Shown here piece after piece: positions 16,901 to 26,205 of a DNA stretch of 64,000 bases; positions within the stretch are counted from its first letter, which is position 1, and every line of letters begins with the position of its first letter. The DNA comes from Candidatus Margulisiibacteriota bacterium (GTDB lineage Bacteria > Margulisbacteria > Riflemargulisbacteria > GWF2-39-127), in contig QKMY01000058.1 of the NCBI GenBank assembly GCA_003242895.1, forward strand, positions 12,739 through 76,738. Direction: 5' to 3'. The position numbers were made by a program, and so were the translations under genes. A model generated the notes under the pieces. The model did not search any database. It saw only the letters and a program-made list of their open reading frames with translations, and had not been told where the DNA came from.

Positions 16901-19561
16901 TTATTTACTGTTCTCGATACTAGCTATAACTTTTTCAGCATCAACAGAATCGCTTATCAATAGAGAACCTGGGACCCCTCCGGGCAGAGCATTACGAATG
17001 AACGCATCAATATCCTCCTGGCTTGCTTTACCGATATGGCCAAAACTCTTTTTGATTAACGTAACTATACCTTGCTTGCTTAGGTGTTTAGCAACTCCGA
17101 CAACTTGTTCCTGTGCATCTATTACTTCAATATTAGTAATCGTTTTGCTCTTAAGCTCAATTACCTGATTGACCATATCACGCATACCTTCTGTCAGAAT
17201 GCTCCTAATGTGCTCACTGTCAGTGTTATCAATATGAACAATCGCTGCTGCTGCTATATAGGGATCAACAACGGAAAAGATCTGACGGAGTGCGGTGTCG
17301 TCCAGCAGCAACAGATCTTCGAATAACAGGATCATATCTCTGATCTCTTCAAGTACATCCGGGAACCTTTCAGCCATAACCTTAGTAAGCTCAGTCTTGT
17401 CGTTGTCCCTTATCTGATTAAGAAGCCCAAGGACAACTTCTCTTCCACCAACAAGGCTTGATAGTTTCTCCCTTATACGCGTGTCCAGAAACTCTATCTC
17501 TTCTTTACTATATTGGTTACTATAAACCAAATATGAAAGTACTTCTGCTTGCTCTAAATGGCATAACTGAGACAGAATAATATTAGCCATAGACGGCGAT
17601 AAATAAGATAAAATTATTGATATTTTTTCTAGATCGATTTGTCCCTGTTCATATTCTGACTTGAGCAAATTCCTTAGCTTAAAAATATTCCCTTCATTAA
17701 CAAATGCAAAAAATCCGACAAATGAATTCGATGTCAAATCAATGGACGCTGCCGCTCCAATCGGTCCCGAACCAGCATCTTTCGATCCCTCGCTTGCTCC
17801 ATATCCAGCCCCAAGAGTTAGCGCGCTTGACGAAGCTGCTCCAGATTTATCAGCCATTTTAGTCACACCATCGGAAACTACCGATAAAGATTTCCTGAAT
17901 AAAACGCCTATCAATAAAATAACTACAATGATTGCAGCAGTATTAGCTATAGAAACATAATGGTTGATTCCTAATGCCAGCGACTTTTTAGATTGTGAAT
18001 CCGAAAAATCCCCCGTTTGTGAGACACTCTTGTATTCTGCCCTAAACTTATCAACTATATTTTGTACGTCGAGAACAGTGTCCTTTCGAACTCTGTAAGC
18101 TATTTCTTCATTTTTCGATAGCCTGTCTTCCACCAACTTTAAATTTCGATTAAGTTCTTCCTGGATATTTTGATTATTATTAAAGAATTTATCTGCGACA
18201 GAAGACATAGATTCGTCACTAATTTTATCTTTAGTTATGAACAAATTTTTATTCATTTTTACCGGAAAATCAAAAAAACCATTCACAATACCAACGATTT
18301 TCTTCTCTTTATTACTATCGATATCAGTTGGCACAGTAATATATACATTTACATCTTTAATAAAATATTTGTCATATAAATTGGTCGATTGAATAGGAAC
18401 ACCAGGCAATAATGATTTTTCCTGAATTGGGGAAAACAGATCAATACCGATATCCAGCTTTAATAAAACAACGATATCTTTGATATTCAACTTTTTTCTG
18501 ATAACATTTTGTAACCTGGTTTCCAATGTCTGTTCCAGTTCTGTTTGTTTTCCAATAAAAGCACGGTCCTGTTGTCTGCCCTCATGCTGAAGAAATTCTC
18601 TCACCAGTTTGTTATCAGGATCGATTTTCAGGACGTTATTCCAGTCTTGTCTTGCCTTATCAAAATTATCCAGCAAAAAATTAGCGGACCCTCTTCTCAT
18701 TAACGCCGCTACATTTTTAGGGTCTACATCCAAAACTTCATTGCATTCTTTAACAGCATCATAAAACTTCCACTCGTTTATATATTTTAAGGCCCTTGCT
18801 AATTTCTCTTCAATTATTTCATCAAAATCATTCTGTTTGATAATATTGTGAACATCGTTTATTAAATCCTCAGATTTTTTTGTATTCAAGTATTTACTAA
18901 CGCTATCATCCAATAATTTATTCTTGATAAAAACATTAGCCTCTCTCTTCGGAAATTTAAATTCGTTCTTGAATTTAGCGATTTTGTCACTAAATCTATC
19001 TGTATTTGACAGCATTTCAACCATTTTTCCCCGAGACAAATAGATCCTATCTTCTAACGGAGAAGATCCAGAGGCCAGATTGGCGCTACCGTTATAATAA
19101 TTTTTTGGAAAAACCAACAATTTATTGATTATTTCAGCGGCTTCTTTTTCCTCGATGAATGACTTTGGATAAAATTTCTTATTGTCGGGAACACCAATTA
19201 ATTTCAGATTAACAGCTCTGCATATAGCCGGAGCTGCACTATAGTCTTCAGGCACATCAACAAAAAAGTTGGAATACTTATAGTTATCATCTTTATCTGT
19301 TAAAGAAACGATAAATGTAATGAATTGGCTTTTATTGATTAAACGGTCTGAATTAAATAAATTACCTTTATTAGGGATGAGGAGCTTGTTTGTAACAAAA
19401 TAATATATTTCTTTGGCATAAGGATCTTTTTCAGATATGTCTTTGAGAACAAACGTTTCCGATTTTTCGGCCTTCGTTACAACAACATCACCTATGGTAG
19501 CTTGAGCCATTATGAATATCAACGCTATTACAGCGATAATTGTCCGTTTTAATAACTTCAA
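16901..19561 (-). CDS. Bitopic membrane protein: periplasmic TPR-containing domain, one TM helix, Gly/Ala/Ser linker, cytoplasmic FliG-like (FliG_M + FliG_C / MgtE_N-like) domain
   Basis: 886 aa; TTG start with AAGGGGGA RBS. TPR-like segment YDAVKECNEVLDVDPKNVAALMRRGSANFLL..NNVLKIDPDN. TM helix SIANTAAIIVVILLIGVLF. C-terminal ILSYLSPSMANIILSQLCHLEQAEVL and MILLFEDLLLLDDTALRQIF resemble the FliG middle and C-terminal signatures. Confidence 0.6.
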   Translation of the reverse strand: MKLLKRTIIAVIALIFIMAQATIGDVVVTKAEKSETFVLKDISEKDPYAKEIYYFVTNKLLIPNKGNLFNSDRLINKSQFITFIVSLTDKDDNYKYSNFFVDVPEDYSAAPAICRAVNLKLIGVPDNKKFYPKSFIEEKEAAEIINKLLVFPKNYYNGSANLASGSSPLEDRIYLSRGKMVEMLSNTDRFSDKIAKFKNEFKFPKREANVFIKNKLLDDSVSKYLNTKKSEDLINDVHNIIKQNDFDEIIEEKLARALKYINEWKFYDAVKECNEVLDVDPKNVAALMRRGSANFLLDNFDKARQDWNNVLKIDPDNKLVREFLQHEGRQQDRAFIGKQTELEQTLETRLQNVIRKKLNIKDIVVLLKLDIGIDLFSPIQEKSLLPGVPIQSTNLYDKYFIKDVNVYITVPTDIDSNKEKKIVGIVNGFFDFPVKMNKNLFITKDKISDESMSSVADKFFNNNQNIQEELNRNLKLVEDRLSKNEEIAYRVRKDTVLDVQNIVDKFRAEYKSVSQTGDFSDSQSKKSLALGINHYVSIANTAAIIVVILLIGVLFRKSLSVVSDGVTKMADKSGAASSSALTLGAGYGASEGSKDAGSGPIGAAASIDLTSNSFVGFFAFVNEGNIFKLRNLLKSEYEQGQIDLEKISIILSYLSPSMANIILSQLCHLEQAEVLSYLVYSNQYSKEEIEFLDTRIREKLSSLVGGREVVLGLLNQIRDNDKTELTKVMAERFPDVLEEIRDMILLFEDLLLLDDTALRQIFSVVDPYIAAAAIVHIDNTDSEHIRSILTEGMRDMVNQVIELKSKTITNIEVIDAQEQVVGVAKHLSKQGIVTLIKKSFGHIGKASQEDIDAFIRNALPGGVPGSLLISDSVDAEKVIASIENSK

Positions 19562-19585
19562 ACAATAATCCCCCTTATTTATTCT

Positions 19586-20827
19586 CTAATACTGATTTTC
19601 CAAAGAATTCTCTATAAATTTAAGCAATTCCATTATCGAGCGGTTTGCCGGCATATACTTTTCTGCATTTTTCGCTTCATTATAAGCATCCATGACCCTG
19701 TCAGCCTTCAACAATTCCCTGGCTTTCTGAATGTGCTCCCACGCTTGCTTTTCATCCGCCAGCGAATATGTTTTCAGTTTTAAAATATTATCCAATTTCT
19801 CTATTTGCTCTTTAATCTCGGCAGTAAGCTCTGCAATAGTTCCCGCGGAGCTATAAGATTGCCTGGATAAATTGTAAAAACCTCTTTCCTGGTACATAGA
19901 ACCCTCAAGAATAAGTTTATCACACTCTTTCTTAATAACCTCTTTTTTATCGTCACCAAAGTTTAAAACCATAGAAAATTTCATCGTATCGCCTATGGTC
20001 TCTTGTTTACCTAACGCTAAATCGAACTTAAACATCAGATATTCTATACCTATGCCAAAAGTGAGTTCGTTATAATTAATCCCACTTCGAAGATAAAGCA
20101 TATCCAACAGCTTGTATTCCGCCCCTAAATACCACTGATCAAAGGAATCTGTGATATCATAGGCAATTATCCAGTCATTATCAGCGTAACTAATGCCACC
20201 ACGCCATACCATAGGGATAGTATCTGCAGTCATCGAAGGAGCATTATTCATCACATAAATATTATTAAGTACTGCGCCTATAGTCATTTTATCTAAAATC
20301 TTATAATTTAAGCCTAGATCAAAAACAAAAAAAGAATCAGAGCTAACATCCAACTCTCGATTAAACATTTTGAATCCAATACCGTAAGACAATTTATGAT
20401 CAAATTGTTTGGCATAGCCAAGGCACAATGCACTACTCTTATCATTAAATGAACCTATATTATTGTTGTCTTTATCTGTTTTTATAAATCCGACTGAATC
20501 AGATAAATTGATTAGCCCTCCTCCATACGTTTCGTATAACCCGGGATAAACAAATGAGAGAACAGAATAAGAGTAAGCTTGGAACATTGAGGCTGACATA
20601 AAAAGGAAAGACATTTTTGGTACATCTACTAAACAAGCAGGATTGCGATAAACAGATGAAGCATCCTTACTATTTGTTACATACGTTCTCCCCATTGCAA
20701 AAGACCTTGCATCTGCTCCGTATGAGAATAAAGCTCCAGGCTGACCCGCATCAAGCGCTTGAGAACCGCCGACGAAAAAGATCAGGTTTAAAACAAAAAA
20801 AATAATTAGAAAGACACTTTTTAACAT
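19586..20827 (-). CDS. Outer-membrane beta-barrel protein, PorV/PorQ-like N-terminal signature, plus C-terminal alpha-helical domain
   Basis: 413 aa with signal peptide. N-terminal motif GADARSFAMGRTYVTNSKDASSVYRNPACL matches the PorV/UPF0164-type signature. Alternating amphipathic beta pattern for ~290 aa, then a ~120-aa charged helical tail. First gene of the operon. Confidence 0.45.
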   Translation of the reverse strand: MLKSVFLIIFFVLNLIFFVGGSQALDAGQPGALFSYGADARSFAMGRTYVTNSKDASSVYRNPACLVDVPKMSFLFMSASMFQAYSYSVLSFVYPGLYETYGGGLINLSDSVGFIKTDKDNNNIGSFNDKSSALCLGYAKQFDHKLSYGIGFKMFNRELDVSSDSFFVFDLGLNYKILDKMTIGAVLNNIYVMNNAPSMTADTIPMVWRGGISYADNDWIIAYDITDSFDQWYLGAEYKLLDMLYLRSGINYNELTFGIGIEYLMFKFDLALGKQETIGDTMKFSMVLNFGDDKKEVIKKECDKLILEGSMYQERGFYNLSRQSYSSAGTIAELTAEIKEQIEKLDNILKLKTYSLADEKQAWEHIQKARELLKADRVMDAYNEAKNAEKYMPANRSIMELLKFIENSLENQY

Positions 20828-21430
20828 ATATGTCCACTATCAGCTGCTTATCTACTTAAACCAATATGAAATTGATAATAAAATTATCGTTAAACTCATC
20901 ACCTATCTTAATTTTATCAAAGATTTAACCAATCACACAAAAAAAGGCTTTATTATAACCCTTATTCTCGCCCCCAAATGAATCGATTTTTTCAAAATCC
21001 AGGGGTAAAGGCTTACATAAGCAGCTAATTATAACTGCTGTAAAAATCTATCGGGGAAATATGCCCAACGACTTGTATCGACTGATTATGGTTTATTGAG
21101 GACGGCACCTAGGAGATGTCTTTTTAAGTTTTAAGTGAGAATTAGTTTTATTGAATGTTAAAATTTTTAAAGCTAATAATTAGAAGAATAATTGAACTAT
21201 TCTATAAGCTTTTGCCGAAGTAAAAATATAGTAATCATCGTCAAAACATTTTAATTTGAAAAGAATTATGTGGATTTAAGAAATAGATAATTATCGTTTT
21301 GATCTATCGAGAATCAAATGGATTTGGAGATATTCCCTACAAGCTGCCAATCATATTATATGGAAATAATAGAATTATTAAAATCTAAAGAAATAAATTT
21401 TAAGGATTAAACTTGCTTATACATTTAAAA

Positions 21431-21507
21431 TGGTCGGGGCGACTGGATTTGAACCAGCGGCCCCCTGTTCCCAAAACAGGTGCGCTACCGAGCTGCGCCA
21501 CGCCCCG
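21431..21507 (-). tRNA. tRNA-Pro (anticodon UGG)
   Basis: Minus-strand sequence CGGGGCGTGGCGCAGCTCGGTAGCGCACCTGTTTTGGGAACAGGGGGCCGCTGGTTCAAATCCAGTCGCCCCGACCA folds as a cloverleaf: 7-bp acceptor stem, anticodon loop TTTGGGA, T-loop TTCAAAT, encoded CCA. Confidence 0.9.
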
Positions 21508-21539
21508 AAAAAACATATTAAATGATAAGCCTAAACATT

Positions 21540-22136
21540 CTAGCTTATTGTCTTATATTTTTCAAGCAACATTTTTGCTTTAGTTAACGCTTGTCCTCTA
21601 TGGCTTATTTTATTCTTTTCAGACAAATCTATTTGAGCTAACGTTTTGTCGAGAGGGGGATAATAAAAAATCGGATCATAGCCGAATCCGCCTTCACCAT
21701 TTAGTTCATTAAGAATATAGCCTTCAACAGTTCCCTGAGCCAAGTCTAATTTATCACCACAAACAATAGCTATAACACAACGAAATCTAGCCGTACGCTT
21801 CTCCCATGGAACACCGGACATTAGGTCGATGATCTTCTTACACATCTCTTCACCTGAAGCACCCGGACCTGCAAAGCGAGCACTGAGAACCCCCGGCTTT
21901 CCTCCTAAAATATCAACTTCTAATCCGGAATCATCTGCGAGAGTTAATATCCCGGTTTGCTGCATGCACTCTCTAGCTTTTTTTATCGCATTTTCTTCAA
22001 ATGTATTTCCATCTTCGATAGTTTCTGGAATTTCTGGGTAATCTAATAAAGATTCCAGCTCAAGACCGCTCCCTTCGAAAAAAGCACGGATTTCCATAGA
22101 TTTATGATTATTTTTAGTAGCAATTAATAGCTTCAC
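21540..22136 (-). CDS. rdgB: Non-canonical purine NTP pyrophosphatase (dITP/XTP pyrophosphatase, RdgB/Ham1 family)
   Basis: 198 aa; motifs LTLADDSGLEVD, FGYDPIF, SHRG. Confidence 0.85.
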   Translation of the reverse strand: MKLLIATKNNHKSMEIRAFFEGSGLELESLLDYPEIPETIEDGNTFEENAIKKARECMQQTGILTLADDSGLEVDILGGKPGVLSARFAGPGASGEEMCKKIIDLMSGVPWEKRTARFRCVIAIVCGDKLDLAQGTVEGYILNELNGEGGFGYDPIFYYPPLDKTLAQIDLSEKNKISHRGQALTKAKMLLEKYKTIS

Positions 22137-23401
22137 TTTAATCCTTTTGCACCAATATCTCGTCTATAATATGCACCAGCAAAAGAAATGTTCAAAATAT
22201 CTGAATATACTTTATCAATCGCTTTATCTAATGTAGAAGCAAGAGCCACAATATTAAATACCCTTCCTCCATTAGTAACGACGTTGCCATTCTTAATTTC
22301 TGTTCCGGCATGAAAGGCAAAAGTATCCTGGATATTTTTAAATGTGTCTAGGCCATATACCTTCATTCCTTTTGCATAGTTTTCCGGATAACCTTGAGCG
22401 GCCATTACAACACCAACACTAAACTTTGTATCCCAAGATAATTTGATATCGGCAAGTTTATTCTCAATAATCGCATTAAACACTTCAGCTAAGTCGTTTT
22501 TCATTCTTGGCAAGACTACTTGTGTTTCGGGATCTCCAAATCTTACATTATACTCGATCACTTTTGGTCCATCTTTAGTAAGCATCAATCCGGCAAATAA
22601 TATACCGCGAAATAAGATACCTTCTTTTCGTAACGCATCAATAGTAGGTTTAAGTATCGTTTCCTGTATTTCGGATTCAAGCTCGCTTGTCACGATAGGA
22701 ACAGGGGAATACGCGCCCATTCCACCGGTATTGGGTCCTTCGTCATTGTCAAATATCCTTTTATGATCTTGAGCACTTGCCATAGGAAGAATAGTAATAC
22801 CGTCACAAAAAGCCAGTATGGAGGTTTCCTCTCCCTGCAAAAATTCTTCAATAACAATATTGTTCCCAGCTTCCCCGAAAATCTTTTCTTCCATCATCTT
22901 ATTCACAGCATCCAGGGCTTCTTCAACTGTCATTGCAACGGTAACACCCTTACCTGCAGCAGCTCCATCAGCCTTGACAACAATAGGGGCGCCTACTTGC
23001 TTAATATAAGATTTAGCAGAAGCAGCATCAGAAAACGATTCGAACTGAGCTGTCGGAATATTGTACTTTTTCAATATATTTTTACAGAACACTTTGCTAC
23101 CTTCGAGCTGAGCTGCATCCTTATTTGGTCCAATTATATTCAAACCAGCAGCGTTAAAAGTGTCTACAATCCCGTTAATCAAAGGAATTTCAGGGCCTAC
23201 AACAGTCAGATCAATGGCTTTCTCTTTAACAAAAGAAAGAAGAGCCTCAATATCATCTGCATTAATCGCTACGGCGTTCGCAATCTCTGAAGTTCCTGCG
23301 TTGCCGGGAGCACAATAAATTTCTTTTACAATAGGACTTTGAGCGAGCTTCCATACTATAGCGTGTTCTCGCCCGCCACTTCCTACAACCAGAACTCTCA
23401 T
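22133..23401 (-). CDS. purD: Phosphoribosylamine--glycine ligase
   Basis: 422 aa; MRVLVVGSGGREHAI N-terminus and ATP-grasp motifs; 4-bp overlap with rdgB. Confidence 0.9.
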   Translation of the reverse strand: MRVLVVGSGGREHAIVWKLAQSPIVKEIYCAPGNAGTSEIANAVAINADDIEALLSFVKEKAIDLTVVGPEIPLINGIVDTFNAAGLNIIGPNKDAAQLEGSKVFCKNILKKYNIPTAQFESFSDAASAKSYIKQVGAPIVVKADGAAAGKGVTVAMTVEEALDAVNKMMEEKIFGEAGNNIVIEEFLQGEETSILAFCDGITILPMASAQDHKRIFDNDEGPNTGGMGAYSPVPIVTSELESEIQETILKPTIDALRKEGILFRGILFAGLMLTKDGPKVIEYNVRFGDPETQVVLPRMKNDLAEVFNAIIENKLADIKLSWDTKFSVGVVMAAQGYPENYAKGMKVYGLDTFKNIQDTFAFHAGTEIKNGNVVTNGGRVFNIVALASTLDKAIDKVYSDILNISFAGAYYRRDIGAKGLK

Positions 23402-23510
23402 CTAACATACCTCCTGCAATTTCAATTTGTATTAGATTTTCATAGAATCCAAAAATAGCTTGTTGGCTAGCTTAAAAAATCATTATTAAAGTCAACCGGC
23501 CCATAAATGA

Positions 23511-23546
23511 AAAAGATATAAAAAGGGGTTTGATTAATCAAACCCC
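23511..23546 (-). terminator. Rho-independent terminator candidate downstream of the 776-aa PorV-like/SLH gene
   Basis: Hairpin GGGGTTTGA-TTAA-TCAAACCCC (23525-23546) followed on the minus strand by TTTTTATATCTTTTT. Confidence 0.5.
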
Positions 23547-23579
23547 ATTAAAATGCTCTGATATATTGTAAATAGATTT

Positions 23580-25910
23580 TTATAATCCGGCAAGTGAAGA
23601 GTTTTTTGAGCTATCTTTAACTATCACTTTAAGTATCGTATTCGGATTCCCACTATTCTTAACTTTAGAGAAAAACTGCCCGGTTGGCTTTATATATAGA
23701 GACTTATTATTTACTGCCACTACAAGACCCTTATTTGCCATTCCTTGAACAATTATGTTCCCTTGAGAAAAGCTGACTATAATTTCTACTTCTTTATCAT
23801 TGTTATCAATTGCAGTTATAACTATTTCTTTATCTTTTGCGTAATCTACTTTTGCAAATAACTTATAGCGTAAAGAATTTATACTGGTCTTTTTCCCATC
23901 AATAATAAGTCCCTTAATACCCTGGGCACTACCTTTAATTATTACTTTATTAGCTTTTGTCTTATATACTTCCAAAGAGATATTCTGAGTAATTATTGAG
24001 CTCTCAATGTTGACGACTTCCCTATTATTTAAATCAGCATTTGCCTCAGTATCGAATACCTTGTTTGTGCTAAGATACCTCGCCAATATAGTCGCAGCCT
24101 CTACTCTGTTAATCCTCTTATTCGGATTTAATGCGCCTTTTTCATCTCCACCAGCACCTAATGCTGAAATATATATTTTTATAAATTCATCATATTTATG
24201 AGGGATCAATACAGCATCTTTATAGGATATCTCAACATTTTCTTCGGCTTGGTAACCCTCTTTTTTCAACGCTTTCGCTATCGCAACTACCAACTCTAAT
24301 TTTGTGAATGGTTTAGTCGGTTTAAATAACATAGCAGATTCACCATTAACTACACCTAAAGTTACAGCTTCCTGAATTATACCTGATGCCCAGTGACTAG
24401 AGCTTACATCGTTAAACCGGGTATTCGTCTTGTCGTTTGCTTTAATATTGATGTATTCAGTTGTTACATGAAGCTCTTTTGCTGTATTCATCTCTTCATA
24501 CGGATTCTCTACCACAACTTTAACTTTATAAACTCCATCTTCTACAACTTTGTTTGATTTATCAGTGCCATCCCAAACTAATTTTTTTTCTGAAGTATTT
24601 ACATCAAGTATAGTATTAATATTCTTTACTAAAACTCCATCTTTATTATAGATATCCACTCTTATTGGTATATGATTATTTTTTTCATCTTTATTCAATT
24701 TTATTGAGAACTCTGCATTTCCGGCTTTTTGTTTCAATTTTAGTGCTAGTAAAACTATTTTTGTAGCTTCAGATTTTTTAATGATTCCATTCGGATCATA
24801 GTTTCCATCAGGCCTGCCATTTACTACTCCTAAGCTAGCCATATCTTCTACAGCCTTCTTGCCCCAGTGATCTTCCATATCGGAAAACTTAACATCCAGC
24901 CCGGCAGGCTTAATTACTGTTGATGAGACGACATCCAATTTTACCATCTCGTCTTTTTGTGGAAGAGTTGCTCCAAGCCCAGTTGATTTATCAATGGATA
25001 CGCTATCAAAGCTTAATCCGAAAGAGAAAGAATTATTATTCTCAAGCACTCCATCAGGAGATCCCATATATGCGTAATTAAAATTAAACACGTCATATTT
25101 GATTCCAGCTCCAAATGTTAACGCAGAATTGTTTAAGCCCCCACGAAATGACAATAAATTCTGATAATTGTATTCGACACCTAGTCCATACCCCATTTTA
25201 CGATTATTGCGAAGCGTCGCATCATAAAGCAATGTAAAATCATTTATTTTCTGGGAAACTCCAATGGTAGCTTTAAAAGGGATAGTGTCAGTATTATTAC
25301 TTTCGGTATCCCATCTCAGAGCCGGCTTTACTACATTTTGAAGATTAACGCCAACTTTCAGATCTTCAAACGGATTGTAAAGGAAGCCTATATCCATGCC
25401 AAAACCGGTTGCCTGTTTATTGTACATACTTTCATTGATATATTTGGTTGTTACTCCTAAGGCTAATGAAGGAAGAACGTTAACTCCATATCCGATCATA
25501 ATCGCCTTAGCCCCATAATCAAAATTCTTGCCAGTTTCCGTAGCTCTAAACTGGCTGCCAATCTGGTCTAACGTTGTTTCTTTTATTCCTGCAACTCCAG
25601 CAGAAAAATACGTAATACCTAAACCTGCATTATCTCCAATTGGAATTACTCCGCCGAAATAAGTCTGGTCGACATCTCCATATAGTTTTGTGTACATTGA
25701 ATCAAATTGGATGTTTTTTATTTGGGCAAGCCCTGCACTATTGTACATTGTTGCATGGGCGTCATTGCTGAGGGCTGTAAAGGCTCCTCCTAATGACTGA
25801 GGCCTTGCACCGGCACCCTTTTCGAGAAATGCGCCGGCATTTGAATAATCCTTCGCATAACCTACGTTTGCAAATGTGAGTAGTGTTAATATTAAAAGTA
25901 GCTTTTTCAT
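23580..25910 (-). CDS. Mosaic outer-membrane protein: PorV-like beta-barrel N-domain + SLH domains + FlgD-Ig-like domain + C-terminal beta-rich domain
   Basis: 776 aa with signal peptide. N-terminal GAGARPQSLGGAFTALSNDAHATMYNSAGLA (PorV/UPF0164-like). SLH-like segments FSDMEDHWGKKAVEDMASLGVVNGRPDGNYDP and FNDVSSSHWASGIIQEAVTLGVVNG. FlgD-Ig-like KKLVWDGTDKSNKVVEDGVYKVKVV. Confidence 0.55.
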   Translation of the reverse strand: MKKLLLILTLLTFANVGYAKDYSNAGAFLEKGAGARPQSLGGAFTALSNDAHATMYNSAGLAQIKNIQFDSMYTKLYGDVDQTYFGGVIPIGDNAGLGITYFSAGVAGIKETTLDQIGSQFRATETGKNFDYGAKAIMIGYGVNVLPSLALGVTTKYINESMYNKQATGFGMDIGFLYNPFEDLKVGVNLQNVVKPALRWDTESNNTDTIPFKATIGVSQKINDFTLLYDATLRNNRKMGYGLGVEYNYQNLLSFRGGLNNSALTFGAGIKYDVFNFNYAYMGSPDGVLENNNSFSFGLSFDSVSIDKSTGLGATLPQKDEMVKLDVVSSTVIKPAGLDVKFSDMEDHWGKKAVEDMASLGVVNGRPDGNYDPNGIIKKSEATKIVLLALKLKQKAGNAEFSIKLNKDEKNNHIPIRVDIYNKDGVLVKNINTILDVNTSEKKLVWDGTDKSNKVVEDGVYKVKVVVENPYEEMNTAKELHVTTEYINIKANDKTNTRFNDVSSSHWASGIIQEAVTLGVVNGESAMLFKPTKPFTKLELVVAIAKALKKEGYQAEENVEISYKDAVLIPHKYDEFIKIYISALGAGGDEKGALNPNKRINRVEAATILARYLSTNKVFDTEANADLNNREVVNIESSIITQNISLEVYKTKANKVIIKGSAQGIKGLIIDGKKTSINSLRYKLFAKVDYAKDKEIVITAIDNNDKEVEIIVSFSQGNIIVQGMANKGLVVAVNNKSLYIKPTGQFFSKVKNSGNPNTILKVIVKDSSKNSSLAGL

Positions 25911-26145
25911 TTTTTCTCCCCTATTTACAAACCTTTTTAAACATCTCTCTTACATAAATTTATCGTAAATAAAAAATGATTATTTCATATTTTTTAAATC
26001 AAAGTAACTATCCCACTATATGCGAAGGTAAAATAATAGTACATATACCATGATATTTTTCTTTTGGCAACATACCATAAACAAAACGACATATAATACT
26101 TTATCAATATTATATAGGTGGGGATAAACCAGATTTTTCATAAAT

Positions 26146-26181
26146 AAAAACAAAAAGGCAGGTAAAACTACCTGCCTTTTT
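26146..26181. terminator. Bidirectional rho-independent terminator candidate
   Basis: Perfect hairpin GGCAGGTA-AAAC-TACCTGCC (26157-26176) flanked by A-run on one side and T-run on the other; immediately downstream of the minus-strand 1268-aa gene stop. Confidence 0.55.
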
Positions 26182-26205
26182 GTTTTTATTTTAAAATGTT
26201 AAATA

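Noticed and set aside
16901-19561. Calling this locus flagellar because of the FliG-like domain
   Set aside because: No other flagellar genes (fliF, fliM/N, motAB, flg, flh) occur in the 64-kb window, and the domain is fused to a TM/TPR protein, which is inconsistent with canonical cytoplasmic FliG.
22443-23290. Plus-strand ORFs (107, 175 and 63 aa) within purD
   Set aside because: Antisense to a well-supported purD; shadow ORFs.
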